From Candidatus Gottesmanbacteria bacterium (lineage in GTDB: Bacteria; Patescibacteriota; Microgenomatia; UBA10105; UBA927): 64,000 nt of DNA. The stretch lies in the NCBI GenBank assembly GCA_963809665.1, contig CAWEKC010000005.1:11878-75877 (forward strand). The letters run 5' to 3'. Below are positions 9,082 to 17,322 of the stretch, piece after piece. The translations under genes were made by a program, and so were the position numbers. Position 1 is the first letter of the stretch. Each line of letters opens with the position of its first letter. The notes beneath the pieces were generated by a model that worked only from the letters and a program-made list of their open reading frames with translations, ran no database searches and was not told the origin of the DNA.

Positions 9082-10934
9082 TGAAAAAATCCTCCCTGCC
9101 TCTTATCTTTATTGCAGGATGCATGCTCGCATTATTTATCCGACTGCTGCTTATTCCCAATCCGGGTTTTGAAGCGGATATTTCTTTTTGGAAATCCTGG
9201 GGGCTTGCGGTTTTGGACTTCGGTATCATCAAAGGGTTATCTGTCACGAATTTCAACTACCCCACACCGTTCGGGTATTTCCTTGCACTCATGCCGGCCG
9301 TGTACAGGATCTTCGCCGACCCGCATAATTTCGATCAATATTGGCAAAATACCAATGTATTATTCCTGATCATTTCCAAACTGCCGGCAGTTATAGCAGA
9401 CTTCGGGATTGCCGGACTGATTCTTTGGATCGGCAGGAATGCCAAAAAAATCGGATTCCCTGATCTTTCAATGCCGTTCTATGCAGTGCTGGCTCTTGCT
9501 TTTTTACTCAATCCCGTTTCATGGATGGACAGCGCATGGTGGGGCCAGGTTGACAGCCTCGGGGTGATCGTCTTTTTTGGTGCGTTTCTTCTCGTGGTTA
9601 CGAAAAGACCGTTTTTAGCGGGTGTTGTGTACATGATCGCCATGCTGACCAAACTCCAAAACATGATTTACGGACCGATTTTTTTTCTGTTTATCTGGCA
9701 ATACTTGGGTTTTAACGGACTCGTACGCAGTCTTGCAGGGTCGCTGGTCACGTTCATTGGCCTCAATATTGAATTCATACTTTCCGGCAGCATGTGGAAG
9801 GTCATTGAGTCTCTTACGGGCAATTACGATTATTTCCCTTGGCTCTCGCTTAATGCGTTCAATCTCTGGTGGATCGTATCCGGCGCCCGCGGGATGCAAT
9901 TTTCGGACAAATTGCTATCAGTGGGTCTTGCTAACGCCAAAACCGTTGGCCTTACCCTCTTCTCTGCCGGATATTTGCTTGCAGCGTTACTTCTGAAACC
10001 GTTCGCGTTTCTTAAAAAAAATAAGGACGACCCGCCAACAGTTGTCTATCAATTCCTTACCGCTATCGTTATTGCCAACGCTTCCTTTTTCCTGTTTCAG
10101 ACGGAATCACATGACCGCTATGCATACCCTCTTATTGTCTTCCTGCTCCTCTGGGGTGCTTTTTGGATCCGGCGCCATTTGACGACAAAAGAAATGCCGG
10201 ATGTTTTTACCAGTAAACCGTTTCGCGCAGTTGCCTTTTTCTATGTGCTCTTCACGCTCTTTTACTTCTATAACCTCCATACGGCGTTGGTGTTTAATTA
10301 TCCGGGAAACGGTGTGCCCATCCTCTCATCGCTCATTCAACCCAACCTGACCATCAGCATATCGCTTCTTTTTATCGGTTTGTTTTTCTTCTTTCTGTAC
10401 ATCATCCGGCACGATACATCAATCTGGACCTTCATGGCGCCTTCCGCGTTGGTCATTTGTATGCTTACGTCAAAAAATATGCCGCTTATTACACATGCGC
10501 CGGTTTTCCTTACTGCAATGACCCCGGTTTCCGCATCCCAGGATTATGGAATACGGCAGATAAACATGCCGGTCAACGCATTTTCGGGATTTGATAAATG
10601 GGGATCCCTGTCGGTCCAGTATGCCTTCTACCGTCACGGGATCGGGACGCACGCCAACAGCACACAAACATTTGACGTACATAAATATTTCAGCCGGTTT
10701 TCATTCGACTATGGCATCGATACCGAGGCCGGACCCAAAGGAACGACCATCTTTGAAGTAATCGGTGATGACAAAAAACTTTTTGTATCGGAAAAAATCG
10801 GCCGGTATGATCCGCCGCGGCATGCGGATGTTGATATTACGGGAGTGAGTACCCTGAAACTCGTCGTTACCGATGCCGGGGACGGTATTACCGATGACCA
10901 TGCAGATTGGCTGAATCCGAAATTAAGTTGGTAA
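9081..10934 (+). CDS. GT-C-like polytopic membrane protein with C-terminal NPCBM (NEW2) carbohydrate-binding domain
   Basis: The N-terminal ~480 aa are multi-TM. The C-terminal ~130 aa match the NPCBM domain motifs closely (GIGTHANS..., FSFDYGIDTEAG, TTIFEVIGDDKKLFVS, LKLVVTDAGDGITDDHADWLNPKL). The start is taken at ATG 9081 (MKKSSLPLIF). Confidence 0.6.
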   Translation: MKKSSLPLIFIAGCMLALFIRLLLIPNPGFEADISFWKSWGLAVLDFGIIKGLSVTNFNYPTPFGYFLALMPAVYRIFADPHNFDQYWQNTNVLFLIISKLPAVIADFGIAGLILWIGRNAKKIGFPDLSMPFYAVLALAFLLNPVSWMDSAWWGQVDSLGVIVFFGAFLLVVTKRPFLAGVVYMIAMLTKLQNMIYGPIFFLFIWQYLGFNGLVRSLAGSLVTFIGLNIEFILSGSMWKVIESLTGNYDYFPWLSLNAFNLWWIVSGARGMQFSDKLLSVGLANAKTVGLTLFSAGYLLAALLLKPFAFLKKNKDDPPTVVYQFLTAIVIANASFFLFQTESHDRYAYPLIVFLLLWGAFWIRRHLTTKEMPDVFTSKPFRAVAFFYVLFTLFYFYNLHTALVFNYPGNGVPILSSLIQPNLTISISLLFIGLFFFFLYIIRHDTSIWTFMAPSALVICMLTSKNMPLITHAPVFLTAMTPVSASQDYGIRQINMPVNAFSGFDKWGSLSVQYAFYRHGIGTHANSTQTFDVHKYFSRFSFDYGIDTEAGPKGTTIFEVIGDDKKLFVSEKIGRYDPPRHADVDITGVSTLKLVVTDAGDGITDDHADWLNPKLSW

Positions 10935-11021
10935 ACGGCTGAACCAGTTTTTTCGCGCGCAAATGGGAACCCTGAAAGGGACGTGAGAACGAAAAACTTG
11001 GTGAAGCCGCAAAAATGTCAT

Positions 11022-13349
11022 ATGAAACATATTGGAAAATATATCAGTATTGCAATGTTAGTTTTTGCCGTCGGGTTTAATCTGTGGCTGTACCGCACGG
11101 AACCTACGGCGAAAGTAGATCCGAATGACAATACATTCCAATTCGCGCTGGTCTACCGGACGAACCAGATATGGGATTTTGCAACCAAAAAGTGTTCAGG
11201 GAATATTTTGACGTTTCCCGTCTGTCACTTCTCCTATCTTGCCGACCACTGGGTTCCTAACTGGAATGAAGGATATAATCTTCCCTTTTATTATTCCCAT
11301 ATCCCACAAATTGTTATCGTCGCCTCCTGGCGGTTCATTCATTTATTCGCGGGATCCATGTCTCTGTTTCAGTATTACCACTATGTTATTTATTTTCTTC
11401 TGTGCCTGTTCCCTCTATCGGTATTTTTAGCCCTCCGGGTTACGGGTCTCCCGTTGATTACTGCGGGACTGGGTACACTATTGGCATCCCAGATCTCCAC
11501 AGACGGGTTATACGGCCTTGATCCGTCGTCATTTTTATGGCGCGGGTACGGCCTAAGCAGCCAGTTGTTTGCCATGATCTGGCTCCCGCTGGCTATCGCG
11601 TACTGCTGGCGCGCGCTATCTTCCAAACGCGCAGTTATTCCTGCGACGATATTCCTCATTCTTACCACGGCCGGACATCTTGGTATTGGTATGATGACAT
11701 TTTTAGCCCTTATTCCCCTGACGCTTGCCGCACCCATATTGGCTTTTTTTCAAAAGCAATCTCCGCAAAAAATATTCGAACCGCTCAAAAAAAATATCAT
11801 AGTGCTTGGTATTATTGCAGTCATCGCCATAGGGTTCTTAAGCTACTGGATCCTGCCGGCAATATCCCTTGATCGATTCCACAATTTTTCCTTCTGGGAT
11901 CCGATATGGAAATTTAACTCCTACGGCGCCAAGGAGACACTGACCCGCCTCGGGAACGGCGCGCTTTTCGATTTCGGGAGGCTGCCTCTTATGACCGGAT
12001 TGGTTCTCGTTGGGCTATTCGCCGGTAGTGCGGAATTTACCATGCTTTTGGTATTTTTCATTCTCCTCTATTTCGGCCGGACAACGTGGGGCAACGTGCT
12101 CGATATTATTCCCGGCATGAAGGAATTCCATTTATCACGTTTTATCGTCGGCGTCCACATGGCCGGCCTCTTTTTGGCTCCAATCGGACTTGCGTGGCTT
12201 TGGGAAAACGCGTCGTCGGCTGTCGCCCGGATTATTCTCATTCCGAAAAAATATATATCGATCGTTCTGTTAATTCTGATTATTGTTTTTATCTTTCCCG
12301 CCATCTACGGGCAAACTGTCCGGTACGCCAAATATAACGATACGCTTATTGCACAGGCCAATGCCAATTATACCAAACAGTCTGCGGGAGCAAGCCGCCT
12401 CGTCGCGGCCCTGCAGGAACTGGAAAAGACAGCGCCCGGCCGGGTGTTTAGCGGGAGGGGCGGCGGGTGGGGCCATAGCTTCGTTCTGGCCGAAACCACG
12501 ATGACGATGTACCTGGGAAATTTTGCATTACCGACCGTATTATGGCTTCCGGAAACCTGGTCACCAAACGGCGACACCGAACAGTATTTCCGCGAAAATT
12601 TCAGCGAAGATTATGATCTTTACAATATCCGCTATGTGGCCGCGCCTGCAAATTTAGCCAAAACCGACATACAACCATTCTGGAAAATGATTCAAAAAAA
12701 TCCGTCATGGAATATTTATGAGGTAAAAACTTCTGGATATTTTACGGCGGGTGTACGGCCTGCAGTTGTTGCATCTGATAAATACTCGTTCACCAACGTC
12801 ATACGTCTCTGGATCCAGTCAAGCGACCCCAAAAACGACCTGTACCCGCAGCTCTCGTTCGACACAAAAAGCTATCCGGTGAACGTAGGATTACCTAACT
12901 TCAAAATGACTGATGAGGTAACGTTTCAGGTGCCAAACGGCTCACTGCACAACATTTTTGCGGAACCGCCGAAATATGAATCCCCCTACCTGCCTGCCGG
13001 CAGGCAGGTTGCCATATCGAACCAGACTGACGACACTGATATGATTTTCACAGCCCGGGCGAGCGTTCCGGATGGCTGCACCGAATGTATGGTAATTTTA
13101 AAACAAACGTTTCATCCCGGATGGCGCATCACTGTGGATGGAAAATCTGTGACGCCTATTATTACATTCCCTTTCTTTATCGGCATTCCGGTTTCCGCAG
13201 GAACACACGAGATCGTCGCCGCATATCAGCCTTCTGCTATAAAAGTAGTATTGATCTGGATCGAATTCCTGACCGTTATTGCCCTCGTTATATGGTTCAT
13301 CGCACGAAAACTGGGGATTGACAAGAAAGCCGTTCATATCCCACACTAA
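11022..13349 (+). CDS. very large polytopic membrane protein (YfhO/GT-C-like putative glycosyltransferase)
   Basis: ~775 aa with many TM helices and a large extracytoplasmic C-terminal domain. Start is at ATG 11022; the track starts at GTG 10983. It contains one copy of the palindromic LPAGRQ element at 12989-13008. Confidence 0.45.
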   Translation: MKHIGKYISIAMLVFAVGFNLWLYRTEPTAKVDPNDNTFQFALVYRTNQIWDFATKKCSGNILTFPVCHFSYLADHWVPNWNEGYNLPFYYSHIPQIVIVASWRFIHLFAGSMSLFQYYHYVIYFLLCLFPLSVFLALRVTGLPLITAGLGTLLASQISTDGLYGLDPSSFLWRGYGLSSQLFAMIWLPLAIAYCWRALSSKRAVIPATIFLILTTAGHLGIGMMTFLALIPLTLAAPILAFFQKQSPQKIFEPLKKNIIVLGIIAVIAIGFLSYWILPAISLDRFHNFSFWDPIWKFNSYGAKETLTRLGNGALFDFGRLPLMTGLVLVGLFAGSAEFTMLLVFFILLYFGRTTWGNVLDIIPGMKEFHLSRFIVGVHMAGLFLAPIGLAWLWENASSAVARIILIPKKYISIVLLILIIVFIFPAIYGQTVRYAKYNDTLIAQANANYTKQSAGASRLVAALQELEKTAPGRVFSGRGGGWGHSFVLAETTMTMYLGNFALPTVLWLPETWSPNGDTEQYFRENFSEDYDLYNIRYVAAPANLAKTDIQPFWKMIQKNPSWNIYEVKTSGYFTAGVRPAVVASDKYSFTNVIRLWIQSSDPKNDLYPQLSFDTKSYPVNVGLPNFKMTDEVTFQVPNGSLHNIFAEPPKYESPYLPAGRQVAISNQTDDTDMIFTARASVPDGCTECMVILKQTFHPGWRITVDGKSVTPIITFPFFIGIPVSAGTHEIVAAYQPSAIKVVLIWIEFLTVIALVIWFIARKLGIDKKAVHIPH
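12989..13008. repeat. GC-rich palindromic element copy A (CCTGCCTGCCGGCAGGCAGG), in frame in a membrane-protein gene (LPAGRQ)
   Basis: 20-nt perfect palindrome read directly from the sequence. Confidence 0.8.
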
Positions 13350-13355
13350 GATCGT

Positions 13356-13565
13356 ATGGCAAAAAGACATGTTCGCCGGGTACATCATACGCCGGTGCGC
13401 CACAAAGCACATACGTCCGGAGACTACCTCGTGGTAGTACGCGGATGGATGTTTGTTGTCGCATTCGCCCTCATGTTGGGGATTGGAGCGATTGTCGGGC
13501 AGTTTATCAGCGCCTACATCGCCTCTTCGACCCCGACAGTAGCAGGGATCACAACAACGAAATAA
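13356..13565 (+). CDS. small hypothetical membrane protein
   Basis: 69-aa ORF with a TM helix, located 7 nt after the previous gene and followed by a terminator hairpin. Confidence 0.3.
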   Translation: MAKRHVRRVHHTPVRHKAHTSGDYLVVVRGWMFVVAFALMLGIGAIVGQFISAYIASSTPTVAGITTTK

Positions 13566-13588
13566 TCAAAGAAGCATAGGCATCCGGT

Positions 13589-13616
13589 CATAGGATTACG
13601 GCCTATGTTTTTTTTG
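13589..13616 (+). terminator. rho-independent terminator
   Basis: A CATAGG/CCTATG 6-bp stem with a 7-nt loop is followed by a run of nine T (13608-13616). A longer alternative stem runs 13575-13607. Confidence 0.5.
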
Positions 13617-13689
13617 TGGACCTGACCGGATTCGAACCGGTGATCTCCGCAATGCGAATGCGGCGCATTACCAACTGTGCTACAGGCCC
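13617..13689 (-). tRNA. tRNA-Ala (anticodon CGC)
   Basis: Cloverleaf folded by hand: acceptor GGGCCUG with a G3:U70 Ala identity pair, anticodon stem CCGCA/UGCGG, loop UUCGCAU, T-arm ACCGG-UUCGAAU-CCGGU. No encoded CCA. Confidence 0.75.
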
Positions 13690-13701
13690 CTTGCCGATGG
13701 G

Positions 13702-13772
13702 TGGACCCGAGGGGAATTGAACCCCTTTCTACTCCATGCCATGGAGTCGTTCTACCGGTATACTACGGGCCC
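13702..13772 (-). tRNA. tRNA-Ala (anticodon GGC)
   Basis: Acceptor GGGCCCG with G3:U70, anticodon stem ACUCC/GGAGU with loop AUGGCAU, T-arm AGGGG-UUCAAUU-CCCCU. The D-stem is weak with one A-A mismatch. Confidence 0.65.
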
Positions 13773-13797
13773 GTTGGAACAGTTAATTATATCAAAT

Positions 13798-14880
13798 CTA
13801 CTGGAAGAATTGTGAGGGGTTGATGGCGATACCGTTGACGCGGGTTTCAAAATGCAGATGCGTCCCTGTGGAGCGGCCGGTCGAACCCATTTTCCCGATC
13901 ACCTGACCGCGTGACACCCGATCTCCCACACTCACATAATATTCATACATGTGTCCATAGAGCGTAGATATTCCCCCACCGTGATCAATGATCACGTGAT
14001 TGCCGTACCCGTAGCGGTCAAATCCCGTAAATACGACGACCCCATTATCGGCAGCCATAACGCCGGGCCCGGACGGATTGGCGATATCAAATGCCATATG
14101 GTACCAAATCGGATACTGCGTGATCATGCCGCTTGCCGGCCACAGGAATCTTCCCGTCCCGATGGGAGCCGAAAGGAATGACGGCGCGATAAATGCGATA
14201 GGAGCGGCCGCAGGCGGCACACCATCCGGGACAATCAGTGTCTGGCCAACGTTGAGCGCAAACGATTCCAAATCCGCAAAGTCATTAAACGGGAAGTTCA
14301 CAATCTTTTGCGCATCTGTTTTATATTTTTTAGCGATACTCTGGACCGTATCCCCTTCCTGTACCTTATAGACGATACCGGTCACCGGCGGAATCTTCAG
14401 CGCATCCCCGATCGATATGTCATCCGTTTTTAGGGAATTTGCCCACCGGATCGTATCCGTCGAAATCCCGAATTTATCCGCAACGGTGGAAAGCGTATCG
14501 CCTTTTTCCACGACGTAACTTATTACCTGATCACGCGGTTTTTGGGATACCTGTGTCTGGATGCCGTAGTCGGAAAAATCCAGCGATGTGGCGACGGCAG
14601 ACGAGGGCGTAAATTGAGCAAGCTGGTTGTTAATCCCGCCCGGATAGGCATTGGCGATAATGGGTGCACTCATGACGCCTGCGACAAGGAGAATTCCTAG
14701 GGAGATGGTTAAAAACGGCCGCTGGTACGTCCCGCGCCGAGCCATGAGCAGGTCAACGACAATATCTTTCTGCGTTTCAAAACCCGTTCCCCATCGTTTT
14801 AATTTCCGTTCTATGTAGTTGTACCACCCCTCACGCCAGAGGCCGACATCTTCAAAAAAGTTTCGTATATGTTTTCGCAT
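13798..14880 (-). CDS. LysM-domain M23 family metallopeptidase
   Basis: Two LysM repeats (YVVEKGDTLSTVADKFG; YKVQEGDTVQSIAKKY) and an M23 catalytic region (HxxxD, GHMYEY, GSTGRSTGTHLHFE). Confidence 0.8.
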   Translation of the reverse strand: MRKHIRNFFEDVGLWREGWYNYIERKLKRWGTGFETQKDIVVDLLMARRGTYQRPFLTISLGILLVAGVMSAPIIANAYPGGINNQLAQFTPSSAVATSLDFSDYGIQTQVSQKPRDQVISYVVEKGDTLSTVADKFGISTDTIRWANSLKTDDISIGDALKIPPVTGIVYKVQEGDTVQSIAKKYKTDAQKIVNFPFNDFADLESFALNVGQTLIVPDGVPPAAAPIAFIAPSFLSAPIGTGRFLWPASGMITQYPIWYHMAFDIANPSGPGVMAADNGVVVFTGFDRYGYGNHVIIDHGGGISTLYGHMYEYYVSVGDRVSRGQVIGKMGSTGRSTGTHLHFETRVNGIAINPSQFFQ

Positions 14881-14939
14881 ACAAAAGGGTGCCCTTCAGG
14901 GTATCACGTAAAAATTTATTGTGCAAATCGGCAGTAGAA

Positions 14940-16565
14940 TCAACCCTGCGACAACGTATCGAGGAATTCGGCGTTGGTTTTAGTTTTTTGCAGCCGTTCA
15001 ATAAGCATCATCGTACGCTCTTCATCTCCGAGCATCGAAAGCATATGGCGAAGTGTCGTCACTTTTTTCATCTGGTCTTCACCGATTAACAGTTCGTCGT
15101 GACGCGTACCGCTTTTGCCGATATCAATGGCAGGAAAAATTCTCCGCTCCTGCAGGGCGCGGGAAAGATGCAGTTCCATATTGCCGGTCCCTTTAAATTC
15201 TTCGTAGATAAGGTCATCCATACGGCTGCCGGTTTCCACAAGTGCCGTACCGATAACCGTGAGTGATCCGCCTGTTACACCTGCTATCCCCTTGCCCCCC
15301 GAAGCTTCAGCGGAGGAGGGTTCCACACAACGGGCCGCACCAAGAAATTTTTTTGCAGGATATAACGCAGCCGGATCAAATCCGCCGGACAGCGTACGGC
15401 CGGAAGGATTGACTACCAGGTTATATGCCCTCGCCAGCCGTGTTATGGAATCCAGAAGTACCACCACGTCTTTACCCATTTCCACAAGACGCTTCGCGCG
15501 ATCCAGTGTCACCTCCGCAATCCTGGTTTGCTCTGCAGGAGACTCATCAAAATTACTTGCCAATACTTCTCCTTTAATGCTTCTGGTTAAATCCGTTACT
15601 TCTTCCGGCCGCTCCCCGATAAGTGCCGCCATGAGGTGGACCTTCGGATAATTGGCGGTAATTCCTGCAGCAAGTTCTTTCAGAATTGTCGTTTTGCCGG
15701 CTTTCGGCGGAGATACTATTAATCCCCGTTGTCCGAATCCGATGGGTGCAACAAGATCAATGATGCGTGTTGAAAGGGGTTGTTCTGTAGTTTCCAGCTT
15801 TAGCTGCTTGTTCGGGTACAGGGGTGTGAGATCTTCAAATTTCGGCCGTGAGGCCATTTCCTCCGCCGGTTTGTCATCAACTTTTTCAACTTTCAGAAGT
15901 CCGAAATACCGTTCGTTGTCTTTCGGAGCTCTGGCCTGGCCTTCCACCATGTCGCCGTTCCGCAGTAAAAACCGACGGATCTGGGACTGGGAAATATACA
16001 CGTCGTGATCGCTCGGGGTAAACTTCGGCCGCAAAAACCCGTGGCCCTCCGGCATAACGTCAAGAATTCCCTTAACGGTTTCCGTCGGTACGTCTATATC
16101 CGCAGTAAACCTGCCTGCCGGCGAGGCAGGTCCGCCGGCCAGCGGTTCGCCGTTTTGAGGCCGCGGCGTCCATTCCCTTCGGTAGCCAGTTGCCGGTCCG
16201 CTTGGTGAATACCCGCGATTTCCGCCATACCCGCCCGGACGGTTTTGATATCCGGCCCCCTGTCTCCGGAATCCGCCGTTAAATCCGCCGCGATTGCGGT
16301 CAAATCCCATACGGGGACGTTCGCTTCTGGGAGGAGGCGTATACGGCAACGGTGCCGGATCAGCCGTTTTTGGTGCAACTACTTTTTGTTCTTCCTTAAC
16401 TACTTTAGGTTCGAATTTCGGACCGCCGATAAGGTCGTCAATGCTCAAGGACGGCGCAACAACTACCGGCTCGATTCGCTGAGTCGAAGTGGGCTCGTCT
16501 GCAGGCGAAGCCTCCGGAACTGTTTTTTTCGGTTTTGCTGATTTTGTGGATGCGCGAAAGGCCAT
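14940..16565 (-). CDS. rho: transcription termination factor Rho with RG-rich N-terminal extension
   Basis: RNA-binding and RecA-like ATPase motifs (GHGFLRP, PPKAGKTTILKEL, Q/R loops). The N-terminal ~170 aa are low-complexity (GGFRRQGAGYQNRPGGYGGNRGY). Confidence 0.85.
   Translation of the reverse strand: MAFRASTKSAKPKKTVPEASPADEPTSTQRIEPVVVAPSLSIDDLIGGPKFEPKVVKEEQKVVAPKTADPAPLPYTPPPRSERPRMGFDRNRGGFNGGFRRQGAGYQNRPGGYGGNRGYSPSGPATGYRREWTPRPQNGEPLAGGPASPAGRFTADIDVPTETVKGILDVMPEGHGFLRPKFTPSDHDVYISQSQIRRFLLRNGDMVEGQARAPKDNERYFGLLKVEKVDDKPAEEMASRPKFEDLTPLYPNKQLKLETTEQPLSTRIIDLVAPIGFGQRGLIVSPPKAGKTTILKELAAGITANYPKVHLMAALIGERPEEVTDLTRSIKGEVLASNFDESPAEQTRIAEVTLDRAKRLVEMGKDVVVLLDSITRLARAYNLVVNPSGRTLSGGFDPAALYPAKKFLGAARCVEPSSAEASGGKGIAGVTGGSLTVIGTALVETGSRMDDLIYEEFKGTGNMELHLSRALQERRIFPAIDIGKSGTRHDELLIGEDQMKKVTTLRHMLSMLGDEERTMMLIERLQKTKTNAEFLDTLSQG
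16110..16130. repeat. palindromic element copy B (CCTGCCTGCCGGCGAGGCAGG, 1-nt variant), in frame in rho (PASPAGR)
   Basis: 21-nt near-palindrome read directly. Confidence 0.7.
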
Positions 16566-16662
16566 AAACTATTGGGACAAATCTTAGGGATTCATGAAAT
16601 AGATTGTCACTACGAGGAAACGCTTAATCTAAACGGTATTTAACCACGTTTACCTGCTCTTG

Positions 16663-17262
16663 TCAATGCCGTTCTTCCAGCGGAGTTATCACCCTTACCG
16701 TTTCCCGTAGCGCAAAATCCACCAATTTTTCACCGATTTTCAACTCTTCTTTTAACCAATCAGCCCCCTGGGTCAAGTCTCTTCCTCTTACCATGGCGCT
16801 TTTGATTGATTCCGGCTCCCGTGCCGATGAAGTTGACCAAAAATCAACAGACATCGTAGCGTCATTCCATGCCACCCGGGTTGTGATTTCAATGTGCCGG
16901 TCTGTCCCGCTTGACGTGCCGACACTAACCCTCAGGCGGTTGAGTGAGTCCTTGCCTTTATACGCCTGCACTCTGACTTGTTCATCCTTATCTCTCTTTT
17001 CACTCTTACCCAAAAAATCAGCTACACAATTATGCAAGTCTGTAAAATCATCAACGCGGCCAAGATTAATAAATATACCATCCACTTCTGAATCTCTAAA
17101 TTTCTGATCTTGCCGGAGAAGTTTAATGAATTGTTTAATTTTATTATCCGTAAGGCGGACACCGCGTTTGTAGGCTTCTCTCGCTTCTTTCTTTTCCTTC
17201 TTTTCAAGCTTCGTCTGTTCCAGATGCTTCTTCATCGCTTTTTCTATATTTTCAATCGACAT
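16663..17262 (-). CDS. hypothetical protein
   Basis: 199-aa ORF with a K/E-rich N-terminus and no recognisable family. Confidence 0.35.
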   Translation of the reverse strand: MSIENIEKAMKKHLEQTKLEKKEKKEAREAYKRGVRLTDNKIKQFIKLLRQDQKFRDSEVDGIFINLGRVDDFTDLHNCVADFLGKSEKRDKDEQVRVQAYKGKDSLNRLRVSVGTSSGTDRHIEITTRVAWNDATMSVDFWSTSSAREPESIKSAMVRGRDLTQGADWLKEELKIGEKLVDFALRETVRVITPLEERH

Positions 17263-17322
17263 AATGTTCTCCTTCCGGCAGGTTAGCGAGTGTTATATCA
17301 CAACGGCGCCGCAAAAGGCAAA

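Noticed and set aside
13600-13800. tRNA-adjacent integration hotspot or prophage
   Set aside because: No integrase, transposase, direct repeats of the tRNA 3' end or phage-like genes flank the tRNA-Ala pair. The neighbours are a peptidase and membrane glycosyltransferases.
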